This document shows positions 48,283 through 60,071 of a DNA stretch of 64,000 nt, piece after piece. Origin of the DNA: Microcoleus sp. (GTDB lineage: Bacteria > Cyanobacteriota > Cyanobacteriia > Cyanobacteriales > Microcoleaceae). The translations under genes and the position numbers were made by a program. Every line of letters begins with the position of its first letter. Position 1 is the stretch's first letter. The stretch is taken from NCBI GenBank assembly GCA_042408215.1, contig JAYFMW010000015.1, positions 14,669 to 78,668 on the forward strand. The letters are read 5' to 3'. The notes under the pieces are model-generated. The model was not told where the DNA came from and searched no databases. It saw only the letters and a list, made by a program, of their open reading frames with translations.

Positions 48283-48621
48283 TGGAAGCCTCTGTAATTA
48301 ATACTTTGGGTTAATTCCACTAATTTATTAAAAAATCAACGGTTTGCTTTCCAGCAAATCCTCCCCGCGCTAGCGAAGTATGCTGCTGTTGCTTATCGTG
48401 TTTACTATTTCTTGGTTAAGCGCGATCGCTCTTTGAACAATCAACAGCATATCACTTTTACTATATTACTGCATTAACAAGTTATAACACCTTAACAAAT
48501 TCCCCTACCGTGGAACAAGTAAACTCCCCAGGGCAAAAGGCATTTTCAACCGCACGCCCAAAACGGACTCAACCTCTCAAACAGCTCAGGTTCCCCTTGA
48601 CACCACGGCAATTGGCTGATT

Positions 48622-50388
48622 GTGGCAGTTGTACCCGAAACCGACTTCACGGGCAAAGTTCAGGCCAATACTCGCAACACTATTTTGCTCGTGCTGCTGG
48701 CTTTGGTTCTTTCTATCTGCCTTTTGCTGTCTATTTCCCTAAGAATAGAACAGCGGCTGCTGCGGTTAATTTCGGCAACAGAGGCGATAGCTGGTGGCGA
48801 CTTCGACTCAACAGTTTCAGGTAGCGGCGTTGCCGAACTCGAAGCCCTAGCCTGTGCTTTCGAGCGCATGAATTGCCAGTTAAAAGCATCTCGCCAGCGG
48901 TTAAAAGAATATTCAGGCGATTTAAAGCGGCAAGTTGCACAGAAAACGAAGGAACTAAAGCAAGCTAAAATTGCAGCCGAAAGTGCCAATCGCGCTAAAA
49001 GTACCTTTCTGGCCAATATGAGCCACGAATTGAGAACGCCTCTGAATGCGATTATCGGCTTTGCTCACCTCCTTGTGCACTCTAAAAAAACTGCACCGGA
49101 ACAGCAGTCGAGTTTAGATATTATCAATCGCAGTGGCGAGCATTTGTTGAAACTAATCAACGATATTTTGTCGCTGTCTAAGATTGAAGCCGGTCAAATT
49201 ACCCTCGAATCAAATGCTTTTGATTTGTACGGTTTGCTCTCGGACATCGAAGGGATGTTCCAACTCAAAACTCAATCTAAAGGGTTGCAACTTGTTTTTG
49301 AACGCAGTTCAGATGTACCGCAATACGTCCGAACTGATGAAAGCAAGCTGCGTCAAGTTTTGATTAATCTGTTGGATAATGCTGTTAAATTTGCTGAGAC
49401 GGGTAGGGTGAAGCTGACTGTAAAATGCCGACCGTTGCTGGCCAAAAAACCGCTATCCAAATTCTTTCTCCAGTTCTCAGTGAAGGATACAGGCCCAGGT
49501 ATTGCCCCTGAAGAGGTTAGCCGTTTGTTCAAGCCGTTCGTGCAAACTGAAACTGGCAGGAAATCGCAAACGGGAACGGGTTTGGGATTGCCAATCAGTA
49601 GCTCTTTTGTGAAGCTGATGGGTGGCGAGATTAAGGTCAAAAGTTCTGTGGGGAAAGGAACGGTTTTTAGTTTTTACATTAAAGTCAGTCATGCAACTGA
49701 AAGCGAAATTTATGACAGACTGCCACAAAAACGAGTGAAGGGGTTGGCATCCAACCAACAAATATATCGCATTTTGGTAGCGGACGATGAGTCGGAAAAT
49801 CGGTTGCTACTAACTCAGATATTGAAGTCGGCTGGCTTTCTTGTGTGGTTCGCAAATAACGGAATTGAGGCTGTTAAATTGTGGCGAAAGTACAAGCCGG
49901 ATTTAATTTGGATGGATTTGAGGATGCCTGTTCTGGACGGCTTTCAAGCCGATCGAAAAAATCGAGCTCGGCCTGACGGTTCTAATACTAAGATTATTGC
50001 TTTGAGCGCTAATGCTTTTGTTAAAACCCAGGAACTCGCCATGTCGAAAGGCTTCGATGACTTTGTTGCCAAACCGTTCCGAGAGGCAGTAATTTTTGAG
50101 AAGATGGCGCGACCTTTGGGTGTTCGCTATATCTATGAAGAGGAGTCGCCGAGGAAGTCCGAACAGGATGAGCCTTTTATGCAACTGACTCCTGAGTCGC
50201 TGTCTGTGTTGCCGAGGGAGTCGATTGAGAAGCTTTATAAAGCAGCCGCTTGTGGAGACGAGCAAGCGGTAAGGCTGTTGATTGAGCGAATTCCGCTGTC
50301 GCAGAAGCAAATTGCTGCGGCTCTGACTAAATTAGTTGACAATATGAGCTTAGATATTATCAGCGATTTGACTCAACACTACCTTTGA
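48622..50388 (+). CDS. Hybrid histidine kinase (HAMP-HisKA-HATPase-REC), N-terminal sensor lost
   Basis: [48 protein letters not shown]; begins at the tail of a Cache domain ([13 protein letters not shown]). Confidence 0.88.
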   Translation: MAVVPETDFTGKVQANTRNTILLVLLALVLSICLLLSISLRIEQRLLRLISATEAIAGGDFDSTVSGSGVAELEALACAFERMNCQLKASRQRLKEYSGDLKRQVAQKTKELKQAKIAAESANRAKSTFLANMSHELRTPLNAIIGFAHLLVHSKKTAPEQQSSLDIINRSGEHLLKLINDILSLSKIEAGQITLESNAFDLYGLLSDIEGMFQLKTQSKGLQLVFERSSDVPQYVRTDESKLRQVLINLLDNAVKFAETGRVKLTVKCRPLLAKKPLSKFFLQFSVKDTGPGIAPEEVSRLFKPFVQTETGRKSQTGTGLGLPISSSFVKLMGGEIKVKSSVGKGTVFSFYIKVSHATESEIYDRLPQKRVKGLASNQQIYRILVADDESENRLLLTQILKSAGFLVWFANNGIEAVKLWRKYKPDLIWMDLRMPVLDGFQADRKNRARPDGSNTKIIALSANAFVKTQELAMSKGFDDFVAKPFREAVIFEKMARPLGVRYIYEEESPRKSEQDEPFMQLTPESLSVLPRESIEKLYKAAACGDEQAVRLLIERIPLSQKQIAAALTKLVDNMSLDIISDLTQHYL

Positions 50389-50440
50389 ACGAACCCCACC
50401 CCAATCCAAGATTATGAGTATGGACTGCGCTGAACATCTC

Positions 50441-50549
50441 TAGTTCAATGATAACTGCGATAGTTCAATGATAACTGCGATAGTTCAATGATAACTGCGA
50501 TAGTTCAATGATAACTGCGATAGTTCAATGATAACTGCGATCGCAGTTA
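50441..50549. repeat. 5 perfect 20 bp direct repeats plus an 18 bp palindrome upstream of parA
   Basis: TAGTTCAATGATAACTGCGA x5 (50441-50540); TAACTGCGATCGCAGTTA at 50532-50549. Confidence 0.92.
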
Positions 50550-50652
50550 GAAAAGGCGGTTCTCAAAGTTATTTCAAAGATTAGCCTAGAATAAGCCGCA
50601 GTCCACTAATATTGTTGTTGAAGCAACACGTTTATTGCGTGCTTAAAAATAG

Positions 50653-51126
50653 ATGAGCAAAATTATTGCGCTGTTCAACCAGTCAGGTGGCGTCTCCAAA
50701 ACCAGTTTGACAATGAATTTAGGCTACCATTTAGCCAAGCGGAAGCAAAAAGTCTTGTTAGTAGATATGGACCCACAAGCCTCACTTACCACCTTCATGG
50801 GCTTGGAGCCATCTGAGTTGCAGGAGACTGTCTACGAGTCCATTATGAACGGTTCTGACGCGGCGCTCCGCAAAAACCTTCACAACATGGACTTGCTCCC
50901 TTCTAATATTAATTTGAGCGGAGCAGAGCTGGAACTGGTAGTGGCTGACATGAGAGATAGCCGGCTCAAAGAAGTCATTGACCCCCTTAGCTCGCACTAT
51001 GATTTCATATTGATAGACTGCCCTCCCTCGCTAGGCATCCTATCCTATATCAGCCTAGTTGCCTCCACTCACGTCTTAATTCCGATTCAGACTGAATATA
51101 AAGCTCTCAAGGGACAGGAAGCATGA
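50653..51126 (+). pseudogene. parA: ParA partition ATPase, 3'-truncated
   Basis: NQSGGVSKTS, LLVDMDPQASLT, FILIDCPPSLG; ends at 157 aa (family members are about 250 aa). Confidence 0.85.
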
Positions 51127-51569
51127 ATCCCGAATTAAAAATTTGTGTACTCCAGCACAGCTTAAACGAAATCCAAGCCACCATAAACTTGCTGCAAGCC
51201 AGAAGCCAAACAAAGCAAATATCCAACCCTTCAGGGTGGGTCGTTGATTGTTTGCGCGGTCGCTGGTGGGAAAAAACTAACGGTTTTCCAAACTAGAACC
51301 CAACAAATGTTGTTTCGTCTCCAGCTTCAACAGGCTCTTCTCCAACTCCAAAAAATTCTCCTTCTGCACAGACAACAAGAATAAATGAGGATTATATTGA
51401 CCCTCAGTATATGCCATTAAAAACTCACCGAAAGTTATGCGAACAGTTCCAGGAACTAGGCGAAGAAGCTTTCGCAGCGCTAGGTATTCAGCAGCAAATT
51501 TACTTGCAGTGGATGCAGCGATTTCCTCAGCACGTAAAACAAATTTTCAACAAATTATCTACTACTTAA
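51123..51569 (+). pseudogene. Probable 3' remnant of a replication-associated gene, internal TAG
   Basis: Frame open 51123-51569 except TAG at 51294-51296; NPSGWVVDCLRGRWW motif; directly upstream of dnaB. Confidence 0.4.
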
Positions 51570-51685
51570 TTATTTAGCTTAGCTGTGAAAACAGTGATGA
51601 TTTAACTCATGTAGACAGCTTCTAACCCTTTAGACAACTTTGAAAACAGTTCAAGTAACAACAATCTCAAAGGAGAATACCAGAT

Positions 51686-53041
51686 ATGGCAGTCAGTTTT
51701 TTTGACAAAATTATGCCGAGCAACATTGATGCAGAGGAAGCAATTTTATGCGGAATTTTGATCGATCCAATCGCCATTAACCGAGTCGCAAATATTCTGC
51801 GTCCCGAAGCGTTAGCAATTACAGTCCACCAACACATTTATCGGGCCGCTTTAGCGTTGCACTCTAAAGAGCAGCCCACAGACTTGATGAACGTCACCAC
51901 TTTTCTCGACGACCACAACCTGCTGGAAGTAGTAGGGGGTCAAACCAAACTGGTAATGCTGGTAGACCGAACTGTTTCAGCCGTCAACATCGACCAATAT
52001 GCCTTGCTAGTCGTGGACAAGTTTGTCCGGCGCGAACTCATCAAAATTGGTAATGACCTGGTGCAGCTTGGCTACGAAACTTCCACCGAATTGGATGCCA
52101 TACTAAATGAAGCCGAGCAAAAGATTTTTGTCCTCAATAAGTACAAAGAAGAGCGACAGAAAGCTATTCGGCCTCTTTCGGAATACTGCCACGAGCTTTG
52201 GCGATATCCAGATGAAATTGAGGAACAGCGCTTGGAGACTGCTAACTACTGTCCTGGAATCAGCACGGGGTTTTACGACCTCGACGACCTCTTGGGAGGG
52301 GGATTTTACCGAGGTGAATTGATTGTCATAGGAGGTCGCCCCGGCAGCGGCAAAACAGCTTTGGCTTGCGCGCTTGGGTACAACATTGCTTCCCTTCCCA
52401 CGAACGGTCGAGTTTTGATGTTTTCGATGGAAATGCCAGGTCGGGACTTGGCAGCGCGACTAATGGCACTTGAGAGTGGGGTGTCGGTGAAAGATATCAG
52501 GAAAGTTAACCTAGCTGGTAAGTACGAAGTCCTAGCTTCGGCTTTAGGGAAAGTTAGCGATGCTGATTTTTGGATAGACGAAAGTTTGGAACCGTCTCCC
52601 TTGGAGATTCGTTCCAGAGTTAGGGAGTTTGTTTGTGAGCGCTGCCCATTGGGTTTGGTAATTGTTGATTACTTGCAATTGATGGTGAATTCTGCGGATG
52701 AAAATGTTGTCAATAAAATTAGCGAAATTACGCGACAGATGAAGATTTTGGCTCGCGAGGTTGACGCGCCGGTTGTGCTACTTTCTCAGCTCAATCGGGG
52801 GGTAGAGACTCGCACGAACAAGCGTCCAAGTTTATCGGATTTGCGTGGTTCTGGTGGAATTGAACCGGATGCGGATGTTGTGCTTGGAGTTTACAGGGAC
52901 GACTATTACAATCCTGATTCTCCCGATCGGGGAATCGCTGAAATTATTGGATTGAAAGGGCGCAATAGCGGAACGGGAACGGTTAAGCTGCTGTTTGATG
53001 CTGAATGCTGTCGGTTTCGGAATATCTATAAACTGCCGTAA
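51686..53041 (+). CDS. dnaB: Replicative DNA helicase DnaB (mobile-element copy)
   Basis: PSNIDAEEAIL, STGFYDLD, GGRPGSGKT, FSMEM, IVDYLQLM, LSQLNR, SDLRGSG. Confidence 0.95.
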   Translation: MAVSFFDKIMPSNIDAEEAILCGILIDPIAINRVANILRPEALAITVHQHIYRAALALHSKEQPTDLMNVTTFLDDHNLLEVVGGQTKLVMLVDRTVSAVNIDQYALLVVDKFVRRELIKIGNDLVQLGYETSTELDAILNEAEQKIFVLNKYKEERQKAIRPLSEYCHELWRYPDEIEEQRLETANYCPGISTGFYDLDDLLGGGFYRGELIVIGGRPGSGKTALACALGYNIASLPTNGRVLMFSMEMPGRDLAARLMALESGVSVKDIRKVNLAGKYEVLASALGKVSDADFWIDESLEPSPLEIRSRVREFVCERCPLGLVIVDYLQLMVNSADENVVNKISEITRQMKILAREVDAPVVLLSQLNRGVETRTNKRPSLSDLRGSGGIEPDADVVLGVYRDDYYNPDSPDRGIAEIIGLKGRNSGTGTVKLLFDAECCRFRNIYKLP

Positions 53042-53076
53042 TATTAAAGGACAGGAAAATATTGAGCTCTGTCGCC

Positions 53077-53589
53077 TTACTTCAGAATCCCGAGTGCCTT
53101 GACAAGCTGTTCCGGCTGTACCTCCAAATAGCGCTGGAGACTCGACAAATTTTTGTGTCCCGAAATCTCCATAATCACCCGGAGCGGCACCCCCGCATTG
53201 CTCAAATTAGTCAGCGCCGTCCGCCGCATCGAATGTGTTGAAGCCCCCTTAATTCTTACCCGCTTGCAAGCTTCTTTAAAAATCACATCCGATGCGGCGC
53301 GAGTCAAAGGCTTCGTATTGTCTCGCCCCGGAAACAAAAAACCCACATCTGGATTGTAAGCCTTTAAATACTTAGCCAGTATAGGATGGAGCGGCAGCGT
53401 TCGCGTTGCTGACTTCCCCTTTGTCGTCGCTTTCCGCAACGTGACTGACCCCCCAACAATGTCGTGAGTTGTTAAAGCTAACGCCTCTGAAATGCGGCAG
53501 GCGCAGTAAAAAGTTACAGCAAACAAAAGCCTGTCCCTTGCTGTAATAAAACCCCGGTCAAACAGTCGGTCAATTTCTGCTTTCGTCAA
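53077..53589 (-). CDS. Small tyrosine recombinase/integrase (catalytic domain only)
   Basis: CRISEAL (R), TKGK (K), THSMRRT (HxxR), SGH, LQRYL (Y). Confidence 0.9.
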   Translation of the reverse strand: MTKAEIDRLFDRGFITARDRLLFAVTFYCACRISEALALTTHDIVGGSVTLRKATTKGKSATRTLPLHPILAKYLKAYNPDVGFLFPGRDNTKPLTRAASDVIFKEACKRVRIKGASTHSMRRTALTNLSNAGVPLRVIMEISGHKNLSSLQRYLEVQPEQLVKALGILK

Positions 53590-54202
53590 GTCTGCCGAAA
53601 AGCTTTTATCGCTTGATGGGACACTTGCGGGGCGCTGCGCCGAGGATGCCTCCGCCCGCGCCCTTTATTGCAGTTAGATTGGCTTTTATTGCTACTCAAC
53701 TGACTTAAATTCTCAGGCAAATTGATAATTGGCAAGGTGGCGATCGCGTCTATGAGTTCTCGGAAGGTAACAGGTTCAAGGACTGCCATAACGGCACGAG
53801 CAAATAAAACTGGCGCTTATATAATTTGATTATACTATTTTTTGATTCAACTTGCAATTTTTTGTGATATTTTCGTTCCTCCTTAATAAAAAGTTATGAA
53901 TGTTTGGGAAAAGAGCTTCCCTCACTTATGCAAAAAAAAATGCCATTGCAGTCGGCGAGCAAAAGCATTGTTATAAGTTTTGGAGGGTAAACAAGCGCGC
54001 TGGTTAATTGGTTGGCGATCGAAACTTTTGGTTCACCGTCTTGACGCCGAACGCGCACCTTTACCTCTGTCAGAAGTAGCGAAGGCCCTCCTTGTCTGCA
54101 ATAACCGCTTTGGGAGCAAGCTTGAGGATGAGAAGCATCACAAATTCTGGAGAATCTTCCAGCCTATTTTTGATTTGAGCCTGCAACCATTCAACTGAGG
54201 AA

Positions 54203-54634
54203 TCAGAACCATTGACATGAATGCGAGCAAGCCCAGGGACGGTGCAGCAGCTTTAATGGCGCTGGCAATGAATGCGAGCAAGCTAAGAGTGAAATCAGCG
54301 AAGTATTAACGGCAGGAATTGAGGTCGTGCTTGCGCCTGAATGTGCGGCAAAATCAATAGGTTTTGCAGGTTCGTTCGGTGTTTGTTTGCCTGTACACCG
54401 ATGGCGAAAGCGATGGGTGCTGGCTGGGTTCTCAATTTCAATTGTTGCTCCATTTACCTCGCTGCCGGCACCGTCGGATTGCGCTGCGGCTGTTGACATA
54501 TTTACTTGGGTTCGATTGTCTGTGAGTTCTTCTTGGGCTGCTTCAGGTTTGTGCAGGAATACTGAGGCTAAGCAAAAGAGAGTGGTAAAAAGGAAAGGGG
54601 GAAATAGTACATCGTTGATAGTTTGGATAGTCAT
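54203..54634 (-). CDS. Hypothetical protein with N-terminal hydrophobic helix (possibly degenerate)
   Basis: MTIQTINDVLFPPFLFTTLFCLASVFL within the track ORF 54203..54721. Confidence 0.35.
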   Translation of the reverse strand: MTIQTINDVLFPPFLFTTLFCLASVFLHKPEAAQEELTDNRTQVNMSTAAAQSDGAGSEVNGATIEIENPASTHRFRHRCTGKQTPNEPAKPIDFAAHSGASTTSIPAVNTSLISLLACSHSLPAPLKLLHRPWACSHSCQWF

Positions 54635-54954
54635 CTGAACAAAAAACTCCCAATCAAATTTTTCGCGGTAAGCATTGCTAACCTTTTTTAGATTGCAACA
54701 GTTGACAACATGGTGCAGCATGGCTACACGGGCTGAAGAACCGGAGAATTAACTTCATCCTTTTGGATGATTAACTGAGGAGAAATCCACCTAATCTGAT
54801 AATTTATTCAAAGGCTCCGACCTGCTGTACGAGGATCTAAGCGGTTTCAGGAAAGCGAAAAGTTGTGTTTTCTTTCTTTGCTCACGCCTCGCGCGTGACG
54901 GGCGCCAATGCGAACGGGACATTGGCGGATGAGCATTCAGTCGTCACAATTAAT

Positions 54955-56271
54955 GTCGCAAGGAGGCTCCCCCCTACTCGTTAGAGAGGCGGTGAGAGGA
55001 ATTGCGACCAATAAATAAACGCGCGGTAGCGCAACCATACTAATTAAGCTATAATCATAAGAGTGAGTTTTTAGATGAGATGGAACAAGTCCTGACCTTA
55101 GTTGTAAAGCTTCAAGCTAGTACCGAACAGCAACAATTGTTGTCCGAGACGGCTGATGCTTTTGCGTCAGCTTGTAACTGGATAGATCGAAATATTAATC
55201 CTAACCTGACTAACAAAAACTCAATCCAAGCCCTTTGCTATAAATACGTAAAAGACCATTTTGGATTAACAGCTAATCATGTTGTTAGAGCTTGTGCAAG
55301 AGTAGGAGCTAACCGATTAACGGCAAAGCAGAAAAGTACAAAGGTTAAAAACTTCAAGCCAACAAGCTTTGACTGTGACGCAAGGACTTTTCGGTTGATT
55401 GAAGCAGATTGGACTATTAGCATTTCCACAACAGGTAAACGGTTAGTTGTTCCTATTCGAGCGAGCAATTACCATCGGGGCAAATTAACGGGGCAAAATC
55501 CTACTTCGGCTCAAGTTTGTTTGCATAAAGACGGTTGCTGGTACGTCCATATACAGCTCAAGTCGGAAACTCCTAAAACTAGCAAGACTGATAACGTTAT
55601 CGGCGTTGATTTTGGAAGACGCGACATCGCTGTTACAAGTACAAGTCAATCCTGGTCAGGAAAGGAGATACAGAAAACTAGAGACAAATATAGTCGTGTG
55701 CGGGCTTCTTTGCAAAAAAAGGCATCCCAAGGCACAAGGTCATCTAGACGTAGAGCTAGAAAGATTTTGAAACGGTTATCGGGACGCGAAAGAAGATACC
55801 AAACATGGCTAAACCATAACATTTCAAAAGCTATTATTTCTGAGGCAAAACAGACTCAATCCTTTGTTTCTATCGAAGATTTAACGGGTATTCGGGAACG
55901 GACTAACCAAAAACATAGAAATAAAACTGAAAGAAGGCGGTCAAATTCGTGGGCTTTTTATCAGTTAAGAACATTTCTCGAATACAAAGGAATCTCCGAA
56001 GGGGTTGAGGTAATCACTGTTAATCCAGCATATACTAGCCAAAGTTGTCATTGCTGCTTGCATATTGGCGTAAGAACTGAAAAACGCTTCAAGTGCAGTA
56101 ATAAAGTTTGTGGCTGGATTGGTGATGCCGATGAAAATGGTTCAAAAATGATTGCTCTATTGGGGCTGAGTGTAAACCAGCCTAGAGGTTCTGAGTTGTT
56201 GTCTTGTTCAATAATTCAAGGGCTACCAAAAGCCGACACGCTTAGCGTCAACAAGCGTGTGGGTAGTTTAC
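54955..56271 (+). mobile_element. tnpB-only IS200/IS605-superfamily element
   Basis: Left stem GTCGCAA...TTGCGAC (54955-55008); right hairpin ACACGCTT...AAGCGTGT followed by GGGTAGTTTAC. Confidence 0.7.
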
Positions 56272-56309
56272 AATTAGCACTCTCTGCGGAGAGTGGTTTC
56301 AGTAGCTGA
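55080..56309 (+). CDS. tnpB: RNA-guided endonuclease TnpB (different subfamily from 21632)
   Basis: IGVDFG, SIEDLTGIR, WAFYQL, NPAYTSQSCHCC, DADENG. Confidence 0.93.
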   Translation: MEQVLTLVVKLQASTEQQQLLSETADAFASACNWIDRNINPNLTNKNSIQALCYKYVKDHFGLTANHVVRACARVGANRLTAKQKSTKVKNFKPTSFDCDARTFRLIEADWTISISTTGKRLVVPIRASNYHRGKLTGQNPTSAQVCLHKDGCWYVHIQLKSETPKTSKTDNVIGVDFGRRDIAVTSTSQSWSGKEIQKTRDKYSRVRASLQKKASQGTRSSRRRARKILKRLSGRERRYQTWLNHNISKAIISEAKQTQSFVSIEDLTGIRERTNQKHRNKTERRRSNSWAFYQLRTFLEYKGISEGVEVITVNPAYTSQSCHCCLHIGVRTEKRFKCSNKVCGWIGDADENGSKMIALLGLSVNQPRGSELLSCSIIQGLPKADTLSVNKRVGSLQLALSAESGFSS

Positions 56310-56442
56310 CTTTTTTAGCCGCTCAAAGGGCGGTAGGCGCGGAGGTTAATCAAAAATTAATCGGACATTACCGAACTGCCACTTCACCCATATCTTGGCA
56401 CGCTAGTACAGCTCGGCGTAAGTAGACAGACTATATTTGGGG

Positions 56443-57625
56443 CAGGGCTATTTCATTCTAAATAATTCCTTGAGTGTGTTAAGACCAAAGCCAGCCAGTC
56501 GTTGAGCTTGAGCCATATTCTGAAATCCATACTCTCGATATAAATTGAGTGCAAAATTACGCGCCGTTGCCCAGATTTGCACGCTTTGGGGTAGTTCTAA
56601 TGCGTGAAGCATCTTCTACGCCGGGTCACATCCCGTACATAATGCACTTTATTCTCTACTCCCCAATAACCACGGATTCTTTGTCCAAAAGCTTCTGCTG
56701 TATCAACAAATGAAGCTATATAATAGCGGGTTTCTGTGGCATACTCGATGATATTGGCACGATATACTTGTCGTTCTGATTCAACTATAATCAAGGTCTT
56801 GAGTCCCGGAAATTTGGGAATGTCTGTCAAATCCTGTGTAATACTCACTGTCCTTTTTTCAATAGGACCATGACCTTTGTTGATTTTTTGAGCGCTCTGT
56901 TGTGATTTAAAACAGCCTTTGACTGCTGTTAGTAATCCAGATTGGTTGCCCTTGAGCGCACCCACGTAATCATTCTTACTGTCAACGATCACCTGAAGTG
57001 TTTTTTTTGGGTGCTAATGGCATCAAAGGCAAAAACCACGCCCTTGACTGCCATCTGTTCGATAAATGCAGGAATTGCTGTGATTTCGTTTGTTTTTGAA
57101 TCCACCTCATAAGGTTCCAGAATCAAGCCCCGCTCAACAATGTAGGCGCTAACCAGCATAATAGCTGGATGTGAATCCACATGCGGGATCATCGCTGATT
57201 GCCTCATATGAACCTCTTACTACTTTACCGTCCATAGCGATTGTTTCTCTTGGCAATGGTTGAACACCAAAAAAACGGGATAAGCAGGCTGAATAACTCT
57301 GATACTCTGTCCGCATTCTTGGTGCGTCGAATCGTACTATAAGAAGGAATTCGTCCCTTTGGTGGTTGAAAAAGTTTTACTAATTCGGCTTTGTGCGCTC
57401 CCTCGCCAATCCCCAATTGCGAGAAAACCTTTGTTCCCGGCAGCAACTGCAACGCCGTGAACATAGCAAGACAGAGTGCCTGCTGATGGCGCGATCCTGT
57501 GTCGCAACGAGTATCAATCAAGTCAGAGAAGGCTTCAACAATTGCAAGTTGCGTCATTACTCAAAACAATTTGAAGGAATATAGCTTCAGCTTATCACCC
57601 TTCTCTCAAGAATGAAATAGCCCTG
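56443..57625 (-). mobile_element. ISAs1-family IS with multiply frameshifted transposase
   Basis: Perfect TIR CAGGGCTATTTCATTCT / AGAATGAAATAGCCCTG; fragments PSYSTIRR, KTNEITAIP, DAISTQK, ALKGNQ, RGYWGVENKVHYVRDVT. Confidence 0.9.
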
Positions 57626-57662
57626 CCTGCACGCTGTTGATTAATAATGAGCATTTTTGTTA

Positions 57663-58715
57663 TAGAACCCATTTGACATCTTTTAGACCGCAAGCCTCTT
57701 AATCATCAACCTAATAAAACAAAGATTTACCTTGGCAGTTGCATTAGCTAAAGTTCTCTCGAAGTTCTTAACGAGTATTTTGCATCTTTCCATCCAACTA
57801 TTTGACCGTTCAATCACCCACCTTGCCCTAACCGGAACAAATCCCGATTTTCCCTCGGCTTCTTTTTGTGGTTTTGAAGGTTTTTCTGAAAGTTCAAACT
57901 TAATTTTGGTCAGAATTTGTGGGGAAACTTTCTTTAACTCAGCAGTCAAATGCTCGGGGTGATAACCGTCGCCCGTGCAAAATAGTGATTTGGGGAATAT
58001 TAACAGGTTTAGACTTGAAATAATCGATGTTTTTACTCAACATTTCAATCAAACCCGCATCATCTGATACATTGGCTTTTGTACAATGAGTAAAGAAGGG
58101 AAAACCAAGCGTGTCAACAGCTAGATGCCTTTTAATACCATTGGTAGATTTATAAAAACAATACCCTTTCGATGCAATACTGGCATTACACGTATTTTTC
58201 ACGGCTTGTGAGTCAATAATGATTAACGTAGTCCACTTCGGTTTTTTTTAACCTGCGATCGTACTTGACAATGTAAGACTTCCATCAATTTTTCAATCCC
58301 TCCTTGCGAGCGCCACTTTTTGTAATACCAGTATACAGTTGAGTAGGGAGGTAAATCTTTTGGTAGATCGGCCCAATTGCAACCATTCTTGAGTTGGTAG
58401 AAGATACCATTTAAAATTTCCCTTGGAGTCCAGTTAGGTGGGCGAGTTCTCTTTTTTTGGGGCAATATTTGATAGAGTAAGGGTGACAAAAATTCCCATT
58501 CGGCATCTGTGAGATTAGTAGAATAAGGCATCATCTGAATCTGAGTATTTTGATGGTAATTTTACCTCAATTCTGCTGGGGGGGAACCTACAACCCGAGA
58601 GCCCGGTGTGATTCGATCGCCTGCTGCGACTCGATCGCCCGCCTCTGGCTCGATCGCCCACACCGACTCGATCTCCTTGTGCGGGCGATCGTTAAAAGAT
58701 GTCAAATGGGTTCTA
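57663..58715 (-). mobile_element. IS5-family IS with fragmented transposase (57683-58534)
   Basis: Perfect TIR TAGAACCCATTTGACATCTTTTA / TAAAAGATGTCAAATGGGTTCTA; YSTNLTDAEW, LPPYSTVY, GIKRHLAVDTLG, RWVIERSNSW. Confidence 0.9.
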
Positions 58716-59820
58716 TAAAATATTTATAAAGAACAGGATTGTTGGGAGAAAGCGTTACTAAATTATCCGCTGCATACCGCCTCAACGCAGCATCAGTTGC
58801 AGAAACAATCAGCCTTTCCTCTCTTAAGCGATCGCCAGCGAATGACCCGGAGGAATTTTTCTTAAACTATAAGTCGCCGGCCGGCAAATTGCCGAGGGAA
58901 TCAGTTGATTCTAAAATGCCTGCAACTGTACCAACAGCAACGGTATTTCCCGGCTCGATTTTCTCCAAACTCTCAGCAATTGATAATCGTAAAGTTTTAC
59001 GCTACAGTTTTTTCAAGCCTATCAAAATAGCGATTAGCGTGCGGGATTCAAGGTATCGCTATCGTTTTACGCGTGTATGCTGCATTCTTCGCGAGCGGGC
59101 TCTCCACAAACCGAGGATGCCTCTTTTTGAGCGATCGCTCCCGGGTCGAAAATTCGCTCTAGTTGAGAGTCAGGTTGCTGACACCGCCGCCACTGCTGGA
59201 TTTGCCCGAAGTGGGTAGGGTGTCCGAGCAGTGAATGACTTTCCAAGCGGTGCTGCCGAGCAAGAGGAAACGGGCGCTTAGGAAGCTTGGAGTGGATTCG
59301 TTAATTTAAGTATTTTCCTGCCTGATTTAAGTATTTTCCCGCATGAAAACCGTTACTTTTATAAAGACTTAACATAAGTCAAACAACTCTCAGTAAATAT
59401 ACAGAAATTTCTTCTGAGTTGCAGCAGCAAAAACTATAAAGTTCAGTATTGTAACTAATATATTTATAATCTAGTCTAGCCGATAATAAGGATGAGCAAC
59501 AAGTTAAGCGCAGTCGTAGGAGTAAGCGTAAGTAAAGATTCCTCGAATTTGCTCAACGCCAAATCAATCAATTAAAAATCAAGGGTGCAGCCATGACTTT
59601 AACAAAGCCATTTCGATTGCGTTTTCCCCAAAAAAGTAGCAAAAGCACAAATTTTGCAACCCCTACCTTGACTGTTAATCCTACAACAGACAGTTTGAGA
59701 GCTCGAACATCAAGCAAAACAATCAATAATAATAGTCCTGGACGCATAGACTCTACTTGTATGATGCGCCGCTCCCCGCCTTACCACTACAGATAGTGTC
59801 AAAATTGACCCGTTGAATCG

Positions 59821-59877
59821 AGGACTGAATAAATTGAGCCGAGGACTGAATAAATTGAGTCTAGGACTCAATAAATA
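59821..59877. repeat. Three 21 bp direct repeats upstream of the giant surface-protein gene
   Basis: AGGACTSAATAAAT at 59821, 59842 and 59863. Confidence 0.7.
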
Positions 59878-60071
59878 GCGAAAGCGAGTAACAATAGCTT
59901 CGCGGGCTACAGTCGTTTAAGGAGTACGGAAGAGCCTTATAACTCCATTCAAACAGGCGACTCGACCAAAGCGGGTAACATAATTGCAACTCGCATCTCC
60001 TCAAAAAGATAAGTGACGCATCCAAGCTTACCAAAACTATTATTTAACCCTCAAATCAGGAGTGCAAGCGA

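Noticed and set aside
50441..50540. 20 bp repeats as a CRISPR array
   Set aside because: No spacers and the unit is too short
58739..59796. ORFs 58739..59218 and 59593..59796 as genes
   Set aside because: No recognisable motifs; probably intergenic DNA upstream of the giant gene
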